Assembly (NCBI GenBank): GCA_009602725.1
Contig: WELB01000010.1
Location: forward strand, 18,790-82,789
Direction: 5' to 3'
Origin: Spirogloea muscicola
Lineage: Eukaryota
Length of the DNA: 64,000 nt
A program made the translations under genes and the position numbers. The notes beneath the pieces were generated by a model. The model had not been told where the DNA came from. It worked only from the letters and a program-made list of their open reading frames with translations, and made no database searches. Positions 1 to 11,000 of this stretch are shown here, in pieces (the first letter of the stretch is position 1; each line of letters starts with the position of its first letter).

Positions 1-2413
1 GCTGCTGCGGCCCCGCCCGCACGGCCCCGCGGCGGCGGCTGCTGCGGCGCTGGGCAGCCCGGTGAACATCCTGCCGCAGTACGTCGGCGCGCTGCGGCCC
101 GACCGAGCCGTCCGGTGGCGCGGCACCTGCTTTGCCGACACGCTGGCCTTCCTCAACCTCACCGCCGGCCCCGGCGGCCGCCGGGGCGCCGCGTCCACCG
201 GCGGCGCCATCATCAACCTCGTGGTATGCTGCCGCCAGCCCACCGCAGTGGGGCAAGGGGCCAGTCAGCTTCCCGCAGCCAGTCGGTCGAGCCGACGGCA
301 GCTCCCAGAAGTTGCTCCGCAGCCCTCGGGCGCTGAGCCACCTGAGCTGCTGCCCTGGTGCTCTGCAGCTCGGAGCTGGGCAGAGATCCCCCACCCAAGC
401 GCAAAGCAAACGCAGATCCTGAGAGCAGAGCACCCCGTCGCTGTCGTGGCGCGGCTGGTGCACGCCTGCGCAGACGAGCGGCGCCCACAGCTGGACGTGT
501 GTGGATCTCTACCTCTTCGTCACGCCGTACCGCGTCACGTGGGACTACTACTTCTTCGCCAGCCACCACAAGCTGGCCATCCCCGAGTTCCAGGATGATG
601 CTGAGCTCGACTATGTGAGGCCCAGAGTCTCTGCCCTGGGCACTTGCCGCTTGCTGTCAGCATCCATCTGTCAGCTCCTGCCGTCGGCCCCTCCTCCCTC
701 TTGCTTCGTGGCGGCCTAAATATCTGAGCAGCTGCGCCTGCCCGCTGACCCCGTCGCCCACAAAGTGCTGAAGCGCAGCCCGCGCCTATGACACTTCCGC
801 CCTCCAGGTCTTGCAAAAGGGGCTGGCTGTCTTCCTCATGCCGGCGGGCGCACTGGGCACGCTTCGGGCCCTGTGGGATGTCGCCCCTCTGTTTGCTAAC
901 GGCGCGCTCGGCGAGGCTGCCAACATGGCCTTCCTCAAGCGCCGCATGGGCGTTGAGTTCGTGCCAGTCAGGTGCTCTGTCCACCATCTGCCAAGCCCTG
1001 TCTGGACTCATTGGCACAGCGGTTGATGCCCGCGGCCACCATCCTTGTACTTGCTCACCTCGCCCCATTGAGACTCACGTAGTGGGGCAGGGCACCGTAC
1101 CACGTGAATGTGAGCGAGGCGGACATACACTCGGGGGACTTTCTGGTGCTGTCAAAGCTGCGGGGTCGGTGGGGTGGTTTTGAGACGCTGGAGAAGTGGG
1201 TGTCTGGCGCTTGGGGAGGCCACACTGCCATGGCCATTCGCGACGACTCTGATCGCCTCTGGGTTGCGGAGGCTGGCCACCAAAATGCAAAGGTCAGAAA
1301 AGCAAATGACTGGACACTCCCGCAGTAGTTCGGCGAGTAACAGTGGCAGGGATCTTAATTGGTCGTTTGCTGTTCGTCCAGGGTGAGGAGGAGATTATAC
1401 TGTTGGCGTGGGATGAGTGGTGGCGGTTTCAGCTCCTCGACCCTGCGGACCCGCACATTGTGCTGCTCCCCTTGCACCCCCGCTTGCGTGAGCGCTGGGA
1501 CTCGGCCAAGGCGTGGGCGTTTGTGCGCAGCATGGTCGGCCGGCCTTACGGGTACCACAACCTCTTCTTCGCGTGGATTGACACCACTGCCGACAACTTC
1601 CCTCCGCCGCTAGACGATCACCTGGTATGTATTCTGCTGCTTCTTCTCTTCCAGGATTGCCCCGCCGTCCTTGGCACCCTCCATTGCTGCACAGAAACCT
1701 GGTCTGCACTCTGTAGCCCTTGCAGGACAGCTTGCTTGCCATCCTTGGTAAGAGCACTTACCTCAAGCAATCATTACGTGCAGGTTGCGGCGATCGTGGC
1801 GGTATGGCAGCGGTTGCAGCCAGAGTATGCATTCAACCTGTGGAACGAGGCGCTGAATTTGCGGCTTGGCACAAGGGGCCTCGACATGCCTGGCATCTTG
1901 GCTGAGTGTGCTCGCCGAGGGCTACGCTTCGGCGAGCTCATGGCGGTGCCGGAAAGTGACAGCTGGATCTACAGCGACGGGCGCAGCACGACTTGTATTG
2001 CATTCGTTATGGCTACGTACAAGGCCGCGGGCCTTTTTGGGCTCGCCGGGGACAGCATACAGGTCACCGAGTTCACGGTAAGTATATCTCCATCACTCCA
2101 GTTGGTAGTGGCGTTCTTGCCATTGTCTCAACTGCAGCTATGGAGTGACGTGGCAAGCATGCTGGCTGCGATGGTTTTGTGCCAGATCCGGGACGCATAC
2201 ATGCTGGACTTCTACAACAATGAGGCAGCGGCGCTGCCATCTTGGTGCAACTTGGTTGAGGGTGGCGGTGGCAAGGGTGGGCCGGGATTTTGCCACCTGC
2301 TTGGAAAGTGGCGCATGGACTTGCCAGGGTATAATAGCATCCACCCATACCGGCACATGGCTGAGCGCTGCCCCAGCATGCCGCCTGATTACTACCGTCC
2401 AAGCCACTGCTGA
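1..2413 (+). CDS. Conserved plant protein of the At4g27020/At1g70160/At5g54870 family (5' end outside window); 7 exons seen
   Basis: GT-AG exons <1-223, 474-614, 808-971, 1091-1292, 1382-1624, 1784-2077, 2186-2413 splice in frame. They give family motifs WRGTCF, AHSWTCVDLYLFVTPYRVTWDYYF, GTLRALWDV, SKLRGRWGGFETLEKWVSG, GRPYGYHNLFFAWIDT, IQVTEFTIRDAYML and terminal CPSMPPDYYRPSHC*. Confidence 0.88.
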
Positions 2414-3444
2414 GCTAACTGCACTTGTGCCGCTGCGGCAGCCTCATGCCTGCCTTCGCTTGTACTCGTTAGGCAGTGTAGAGCCGGCTCTGACCGGCAT
2501 TGCCATGCTAAGTAGCATGTATTATGTACAGATGTATAGCTTCAGTGGCCTGCATTAGGTTGGTGCAGTGTGAGGATCATCACCTCCATTCTTTAGCCCC
2601 TGTTTGGGTATGTTTAATAGTGGCCCCGTAGAAGGCCACAGGATGCTCAAATTGTCCCATGCAACAAGGCAGGCAGTGTTAGTGGCGAATGTTGAGCGCA
2701 GTGCCTCTGTGGGCAGCTACTGAGGGCCTGAAGTGAGAGACTTGGCAGGAGGGCAGGCTGTTCACTTTAATGCAAGGTTTGGGTCACCATGACACAGCCA
2801 TTGACGGTTGGGGTCAAGCAGGTCGTGGTGTTCACGGTGGATATACGGACTTGTGGACATGGTGTAGGAGGAGGGCGGTGATAAGGCAGGGCAAAAGAAG
2901 CAGGGGCAGGTTCCAGAGTGAAGGCTGCAGCCGCGCATGGGGAAGGAGAGGTCGAGCCGATACAAGCTTCATACAACACTGGCAAAAGTAGTGAAAGGTC
3001 AGGGATCAGAAGGTTTGACGTCCTATGGCGCAAGTAATTGGTGCTGTACTGGGCGATGCTACAGAAGCGAAAGAACCACAGAGAGCACGACCTGAGGCCT
3101 AGGTGGAGGTCCACTGCCAGGTAGGCCGCCCAAGTTGCAATGGGCAGAGCTGTTACTGCATTGTCGGATGTGAGAGAGCGCGGCGGGAGAGTGCAAGAGA
3201 GATAGGGAGGGGAGGGGGGGNNNNNNNNNNNNNNNNNNNNNNNNNNNNNNNNNNNNNNNNNNNNNNNNNNNNNNNNNNNNNNNNNNNNNNNNNNNNNNNN
3301 NNNNNNNNNNNNNNNNNNNNNNNNNNNNNNNNNNNNNNNNNNNNNNNNNNNNNNNNNNNNNNNNNNNNNNNNNNNNNNNNNNNNNNNNNNNNNNNNNNNN
3401 NNNNNNNNNNNNNNNNNNNNNNNNNNNNNNNNNNNNNNNNNNNN

Positions 3445-3712
3445 GTGCATATCCCAGACTCGCTATGTTCTCGAGTAGGGTATGGAAGCGAGGACCCAAG
3501 CAGCCGAAAGTGTCGATTGCGGCCGGGAGGAGGTGGTCACTGCGGGGGTAGTCTGAGTAGTGTCGGAGCTTTTTCTGCTCAGCACCTCCCACTGCGTGGC
3601 CAGCAATGTGTGTGGAAGCCGAACTCTTGTATGCCTCAGGGGGGGGGGGGGGGCTGTGGGGCGTGGAGGTGCGCTTGAAAAGTAGGCCAAATCGAGGTAA
3701 AGCACTGATCAT
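3445..3712 (-). mobile_element. Fragment of a divergent CRE-like restriction-like endonuclease (RLE) C-terminus, truncated by N gap
   Basis: Minus frame reads GHAVGGAEQKKLRHY...LLPAAIDTFGCLG, the same K-K-x-x-Y and P-x-A-x-D/E-x-x-G pattern as the RLE at 5525-6328. Confidence 0.6.
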
Positions 3713-3739
3713 GCAAGTGCAAGGAGTGGGGCTACTTCA

Positions 3740-5075
3740 AGGAGAGAAGGCGCGCGGTGCGCATGAAGTGAGAGGGTGGCAGCTTTCAAGCCAATTCATT
3801 GTTTAGGCGAGAACGAGTGCATGAAAGAGAAAAGGTGCGCGGAGTGCTTGAAATGGAAAAGAAGCCAATTCAAGCCAATACATTGTTCAGGCAGAATTTA
3901 GTGCAGATTAAACAAGGCTACATAGTATGGAGACCTAAAGCAAGGTGCTTAAGGTGACATTAAGTCCCCACGGGTGAGCACAAACAAATCCGACAAGCCA
4001 ACTTGAGGAGCTGGAGCGCCGCCACGAAAGCCGGAGGCAAAGAAAAAGATCGTGTATTAGAAAGAAATGTAGGCCAAATGGCCAGGTACAAAGGCAAAGG
4101 GAGCAAAGAAAATGACAGGAAGCGAGGGATGAGTGAGCGTTGGCTGGCCGAAGCCAAGCGCTGAGGGCAATAGTGGTCCGGGGCGGCGGGGGGGATGGGC
4201 CGGGCACGGCGGCCCGAGCAGCTAGCCGCGTGGGCGGCCTGCGGAAGCGACAGGGCGGGCGCATGCCCACCTCAGAACATTCATTCAAGGCCTTGCTCCT
4301 TTTCCAACATTTCTGACATAGCTTCTTCAGGCCCCTTCGTAGCTGCTAAGCATTTTTGGCCCCTTCGAACTTCTGTCACTTCTTTTCGGGCTGGCTTTTC
4401 GCAGCCCTTGCCCCCATTGGGAGTGCCACTTCTCCTTTTTAGTAAACTTCATGTTTTGACCCGTGGTTATTGAGCGGGTCAATCTGCTGTAGGTTACGGA
4501 GATCTTTAGATGTGCTTGCCTTTGTACTTGGCCATTTGGCCTACATTTGTTTCTAATACACAGAAATTACTTTTTCCAAGAGATGGCTACGGAAGTCCAG
4601 CAAGGCATGATGGGTTGGAAGGAAGAAAGTGCCCGCCCCTAGAGAAGAAGCCCATAGAGAAGAGGGGCTGGCAAAGCCACCCAAAAAGAATGGACAATGT
4701 TCAAAGCCAAAGAAGGAAGTGCCGAAAAAGGACTACACTACAAAGTGCAAGACGGTGTCGTCTTGCACTTTGCAGAGGGAGATGCAGATGAATGCTCAGT
4801 ATCCACGTGTGAGCAACAGCAGCACTGAGTGGGGAGTGATTGGTTCCCGCCGCACGCGGCCGCCCAACAACAGCCCCCTGGTCAGGCAGCAGCTGAAGAA
4901 AGTGCTCGCCCATTGAGGATAGGGGCTGGAAGTCCGCCCAAAAAAGAATGAACAGAGTACGAGAAGTGGGCCAGGGGAAGCGCTAAGGGAAACAAGCACA
5001 CAAGGCAGCTACGAATCACTCAGTAACCCCTGCTAAGCAGCCGCAGATCAGAGATGCCAGGCTCCTGGAAAAAGA
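3740..5075. repeat. Mosaic of short retrotransposon 3' ends: subfamily C (3740-4035, -), D (4050-4100, -; 4445-4565, +), F (~4600-4897, -), B (4898-5075, -)
   Basis: The C, D and B pieces recur elsewhere in the window (C at 42350 and 43047; D at 37145, 37565 and 49190; B at 27148, 37995 and 63470); F is seen only here. Several end in L[TS]RGY-stop. Confidence 0.8.
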
Positions 5076-5077
5076 AA

Positions 5078-7260
5078 TGTGGCTGCTGATATCATAGAAT
5101 CGGCTGTAAACTGCCAGCCAGATGCATACAGGTGTTCATGACGGAGCCAAAGGCTAGGCAGACAGGGCGCCCTCAATACCCCCGTGTCAGCAGTAGGAAG
5201 TCAGATGAGCTGAGGGGAGGAAGAGCAACCCCGCTGCGCAAACCAGAGGCTGCTGCAAGGGCGCGACCAGCCCGGCGATGCAAAGCAATCGCCTGGGGCC
5301 GCTGTAGGCACATAGACAAACGCATTCGGTAGCAGGACACAAGACCCGAAGGCACCGAGCCACCGGGAAGGGCTGCACCCTGGTCCCGGCGCCGCTGGTC
5401 AGCTTGAGAGGCCAGCAGCGAATGTGTGAAGCGGCTGCTGATATTAAAAAATCGGCTGTAAACTGCCAACCAGATGCATACAGGTGTTCATGACGGAGCC
5501 AAAGGCTAGGCAGACAGGGCGCCCTCAATACCCCCGTGTCAGCAGTAGGAAGTCAGATGAGCTGAGGGGAGGAAGAGCAACCCCGCTGCGCAAACCAGAG
5601 GCTGCTACAAGGGCGCGACCAGCCCGGCGATGCAAAGCAATCGCCTGGGACCGCTGTAGGGACATAGACAAGCGCATACGGTAGCAGGACACAAGACCCA
5701 AAGGCACCGAGCCACCGGGAAGGGCTGCACCCCGTTCCCGGCGACGCTGGTCAGCTTGAGAGGCCAGCAGCGAAAGTAACGAGGACCACCGACCCCCGTA
5801 ACACCCATGGATGTCCATGGCCAGGGGGTAAATGGTATCACCCGCCGGGTGGTCCTTGTACTTGTGCAACTTCTTCCGTTCGGCCACCTTCACGACATAG
5901 CCGGTCTCAGAAGTAATGGGGCCCTTCGTCCGGAAGCTGTCGGTCAAGACGACGTCCATGAGGAGCCGCTTGCCACCTCCCAGGGGGACGCCAACCAGAT
6001 CGACACGCCTCGTCCGAGGGACCCCGTCGCGGAGTTGGACGGGCATCACCCCGGTGCTCTCCAACGCCACTTGATATCCCGCCTCCTCGACGATGCCATA
6101 CATGGCGTCACGTAGGAGGTTGTGGGAGCCCATGCGCTCATTGCCTCTGGCACACCTGAGCATGTGGTCACCCATGAGCAATGCATCATGCTCAATAAGC
6201 CCACATTCACATTGGGTCACACCCCTGCCAAGCACAGGATTGGTAAGCCAAGGCCGCAGCGCATAGTATCGCAAAACAAAGCATTTTCCATCCACAAGCC
6301 CGCATGCAAAGGCAAAGCGCGGAGCCACTCAGACGCTCCCAGAGATGAAACAGATAGGAGCCGAGCCTGGCCTCGAGCATCCCCTTGGAGGATACGCCGG
6401 AGATGCTCCAGTGGTTGCTCGTCTGCAGCACGGGAAAACCGCGATTGAGCCTTAACATCAGAAACGTCAGCTCAGGCAGAAAAACTACAGGCTCATTCAC
6501 CAGAGGCGGGCATGCGGCGGAGAGGTCCTGTTGGCATGCTTTGAGAGTCACTTGGAAAGGCAGACTCCCCTGAACCACGTTACAGATGTGAGTCGCCAAT
6601 ACACGACGTTGCTCAAGGAGGGATCGTCCAGAAATGGACGGAGCCACTTGAGCCCAGCAGCCAAGGTGCGCTGGTCTGCATAAGCGGACCAAGGGGCGAC
6701 AACCAAGCCCACCGTGGCGTATGGGCAGCGTACATTGCACCAGTGCTGCTGGAGACTGCTCTAGGAGTGGGTGAGCAATCGGATCAGCAAGGCATTGCTG
6801 AAGCTTGACATCAATGGATGCATAGATAGCATCCAAGCTGACCGAAAGTGGGACCGTACGCAGGAGGTAGCACGGCCGCTGTGCCACACTCCTGGTCAAA
6901 ATGGCCACTGCCAACTGAGAGTCTCAATGGCTGGGGAGCTCTGGCAGGACCTGCATGTATCCTTGGAGACGAGCAAGGACAGCACCCTCCGAGAAAGACG
7001 GGTCCCCTAGTGGCACTCCCAAGATCCTCAAGCCGCCCTCTGGAGTCTGACTAGATGTCGGCAACGAGGGGAAGAGGGAAAGAAGAAGAAAGTGCTCGCC
7101 CATTGAGAATAGGGGCTGGAAAAGCCAGCCCAAAAAAGAATCAACAAAGGACGAGAAGGGAAAGAGGGATGCCAATGGGGGACCAGGCAGAGCACTTAGC
7201 CGGATTGACCCCAAGCCCAAGATAAGCTGGTGCTGAAGCGTGCCGAAAGCTCACAAAAGT
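5078..7260 (-). mobile_element. 5'-truncated CRE-like non-LTR retrotransposon (subfamily A) with tandemly repeated 3' end and a nested B insertion
   Basis: ORF 5525-6328 has zinc-knuckle CECG...DHMLRC, SHNLLRD, RRVDLV, LMDVV, AERKKLHKY, PLAMDIHG (RLE). ORF 6207-6914 has CTLPIRHGGLG. Near-identical to 27870-29545. The 3' ~350 bp is duplicated (5078-5420 vs 5430-5772). B insert at 7080-7157. Confidence 0.88.
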
Positions 7261-7302
7261 GGAGAAGTGGAGTAGTGGGTCCCCTGGCCAGAGCCAAAGA
7301 GA

Positions 7303-7838
7303 GAAGCGCGGCCAGATTGACTGGTGGCTGGGAAAGGCCAGCCCAAAGGAATGGACAAGAACTGAAGGAGCCTGAGTGCGAACGACTAGGACTAAGACAT
7401 CAGCCAGGGAACGCTTAGTAACCTGCCAGAGCCAGAGCCAAAGCGGCTGCTGATATTAAAGAATCGGCCTGTAAAGTGCCAGCCAGATGCATACAGGTGT
7501 TCATGACGGAGCCAAAGGCTAGGCAGACAGGGCGCCCTCAAATCTTCGTGCCGGCAGAGCCCTCGCTGCTGCCTCTGGCTCTGGCCAGGGGACCCACTTC
7601 CTCGAGCCTAGCATCTCCGACTTGCGGCTGCTTAGCAGAGGTCACTGAGTGATTCGTAGCTGCTTTGTTTCTCTGTGTGCTTGTTTTTCTTAGCGCTTGC
7701 CCTGGCCCCCTTCTCGTACTCTGTTCATTCTTTATTGGGCTGGCTTTTCCAGCCCCTATTCTCAATGGGCGAGCACTTTCTTCAGTACCTCCGTGTCAGC
7801 AGTAGGAAGCCAGATGAGCTGAGGGGAGGAAGAGCAGC
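7303..7838. repeat. Concatemer of subfamily E 3' end (7303-7425, -), A 3' UTR (7443-7540, -), B (7541-7781, +) and A ORF end (7782-7838, -)
   Basis: Direct sequence identity to copies at 55603-55725, 5430-5580 and 37995-38216. Confidence 0.8.
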
Positions 7839-8082
7839 TGATGGAGGTCGGCAGCCCGACGCCACGTCGGCACACCCTCTCCCCCGTCGCCGTGCGGCCC
7901 CTCGGGCAGACCTCCGGCGCGCCCCGCGGCACCCCCCCGCGCCCCCCCGCAGCCATGGCGCCCGCTGCGNCCCGCGCTCGACCAGCTGCCCGGCCAGCTG
8001 CGCAACGCTCGCGCCTGCCTGCGCCCACAAGCTGCGCCCCGCGGCCGCGCGCCGGCAGCTGTGATGCCCGCCCGCAGTCAGA

Positions 8083-11000
8083 ATGAGGCGCCCCCGCGGC
8101 CTACCGGTCCGGCCGTGCCAGCTGGCGCTGCTCCTCCTCCGCTGGGCGGTGCTGGCGACGGGAGTTGCCGGCCAGCCCCTGCCGGCCCTCCCCGCCGAGG
8201 CCGCGGCGCTGCAGGTGGCCACCTGCACACCGCCTCCCCTCCATCTTGGCTTGCCATCCCGCCCTCTCCTCCCCGCTCACCACTACCCCTCTCCCCCTCT
8301 CCCTGCTCTCCCCCCCTCCCTCTCCCTCTCTTTCCCTTGGCAACTTCCTCCTCATTCTGGCTCAAGCCCGTGCCTGCCCACAGATGTAGATGTCCTTGTC
8401 GTTGTGACCAGTCATTTTGGCCCTCTGCCTCAGCTCTGCAAGGGCGATCCGTAGGGAGCAGGATGGTATAACGCCTTTCAGAAGAGCAAATGCAGACCTG
8501 TCCCTGAGTCGCCGTCTGCCCACTGGCGTTGTCAAAATGCAAGTCCTCACGTGGCCTTCACGGTCACCCGCATGACTGGCTGTGGCGCCCAGGCATTTGG
8601 AAAGGTGGTGGGCATAAATGCAGGCAGTGTGGAGCGGTGGCCGGCACACACAGACCCTTGCCAGCGGCCGTGGCCAGGCATCACGTGCAACGGCAGTAGC
8701 GACGCGAATGGAGCGGCCGCCGCGCACGTGGTGGCTGTGTGCCTCAGTGGCGTGCCTCTGGGCGGGTCGCTGGCGGGCGCCATCAGTGCGCTAACTGCCT
8801 TGCTGGCGCTCACCATTCTCAAGCTTACTGCAGCGGGCCTCACCGGCAACACTCCCTGGCTTGACATTCTCCAGCTGTCCAGCCTCCGTGTGAGCCCAGG
8901 ATGCTCACCCTCATCGCTACGGCCACTGCTGCAGTCACTGCCGCACGGTTGCTGCCGCCAATGGCGCTGCTTGCTGACAGCAGCCATTGTGCTGCATACA
9001 GTCGCTGAATCTGAGCAGCAACCAGCTGGAGGGCGTTCTACCGGGCTTCCTTGCACTCCCGCACCTTGAGGTGCGTGCCCCCCACCTGCCCGCCTGCCGC
9101 CACACCTACAAGCCCCACCTGCGGCTGCTTGCTCAATTGCTTGCTGCTGCTGCTGGCGTGCTGGCGCTGGCGCAGGCGCTAGACGTGAGTGGTAATCGGC
9201 TGGCCGGAAGAGTGCCTGCTGGCCTCTCCCTGCTCTCGAGCCTCACGGTTCTTTCCTTCTCGTGGTATGCTTGGCCCCGTCTGGCCACCACAACCAGTGT
9301 TGTCACTGTTGCCACCGCAGCTGCTGCTCCTGCTGCGCTGCTGGCCTCTGCACCTGCTCTCGGTTGAGGAGCTCTAGGTGCTTATTGCTGCAGGAATGCA
9401 GGCATTGGGGGGCCATTGCCGCCGTCGCTGGGCCAGCTCGGATCCTTGCAGCGGTTGCGTGCGGCCAGCTGCAACATCAGCGGTAGTGTGCCAGCAGCAC
9501 TCTTTCCTCGCGGCTCGCGCCTCGTGGAGCTCGATCTCTCCTCCAATCGCCTGGCGGGGCCGCTGCCCACATCGCTGGCCAATGCAGAGGGCCTCATCAA
9601 TCTGCGTCTCCAAGGCAATGAGCTCAGTGACGCCATTCCACCACAAATTGGCGGACTGCTGCACCTCGGCAACCTTGAGCTGCAGGTGCCTCCTCCCTCT
9701 TTCCTTGAGCCAGTTTCTCTTCATAACCAGCAAGCTCGAGCTAAAACTATTCCTATACTCAGCCCTGTTTGCGCCGAACTGTGCTCCTGCCTCATTGAGC
9801 TAAAGGCGAGTCTGCTGTTGAAGTGCACAGGGTAACCGCCTGACTGGCCCGCTGCCAGTGGAGATTGCGGGCCTTCCACGCCTTGCTACACTGGACTTAC
9901 GCTTCAACGATCTCAATGGCACCATACCTCAGGTATTGGCACCCCTGCAGCCTTCTCCTTGGGAGCAGCCGTAGGAGCTGCGGCGCGATGCAAGCTCTCC
10001 GGCACTGCCATGCTGACTTGCCAGAGGGTGAGCATGCAGGGCTTTGGCAACCCGGCATTCAGTCTTTCGCAGCTGCTGCTCGGTCACAACAGCTTTTCTG
10101 GTTTCATCCCAGGTGCTCCATCAGAATTATGCTCAACAGCGCTGCCAATGGTTCTCCAATACAGTGCGCTGCGCACGAGCAATGCGCAAATTACCTGACA
10201 ATTGATCCTTGCTGCATGGGCGGCAGTCAACCTTGGATCACTGTCGCGACTGGCGACGCTGGACCTGTCTCACAATGCCCTTATTGGCACCATCCCGAGC
10301 AGCCTCCTCGGGCTCGGCGCTGCCAATGCCGCACCTGTGCAGGTCCGGCCAGCCCTGCATGTCGACCCAGCTGATTTTGCGTGCCAGTCAGGGGCTGCTG
10401 CCGCTGTCGTGAAGCATCGTGGGCTGCTGGTCATTGTTTGACTGCCAGGCGCTCCTTGATGCGCTTGGCTACACAGCTGGACCTGGCATTTAATCTGCTT
10501 AATCTGTCGAGCGCGGTCAACAGTGGCCTTGCCCAGGCTGCAGCCTTCAACTGCGTAAACGGATCAAGCACCACGTGCTTGCGCTCCTGGGCTCCCGGAT
10601 TATCGCTTGGCTTCGCTGTCAATGCTGGCGGCCTGGTTCACATGCGCCAGTGCTTGACGGCAAATGAGCCAGCCTGCCAACCGGCATCGCCGCTCATCTT
10701 CAGCGCAGACGACACCTTAAATGCCTCAATTGGCGTGGGCACGAGTGCTAACATGGACTGGGTGTTGGAGGCCAGCGGCAAGCGCGGCATGGTCGCATCT
10801 ACGACACGCGCCATTGAAGGAGCTGCTGACAATGTGCTGTACCAGACATGCCGCATCTCGTCAGATTACCTGGCATACTGCGGGCTGGGGCTTGCCCGCG
10901 GCGAGTACGAGGTGCGGCTTCACTTTGCAGAGATCATAGTCGCCGCACGTGGCCTTCGTGTATTTGATATTATCCTGCAGGGCGTGGTCGTGGCTGCCGG

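Noticed and set aside
5525..6328. Penelope-like or DIRS assignment for the retroelement
   Set aside because: It has a C-terminal zinc knuckle plus a PD-(D/E)xK-type RLE after the RT, not GIY-YIG or a tyrosine recombinase.
3740..7838. Repeat-spacer-like recurrence suggesting a CRISPR array
   Set aside because: The units are long, irregular and mixed-strand, and encode RLE C-termini; no cas genes; eukaryotic context.
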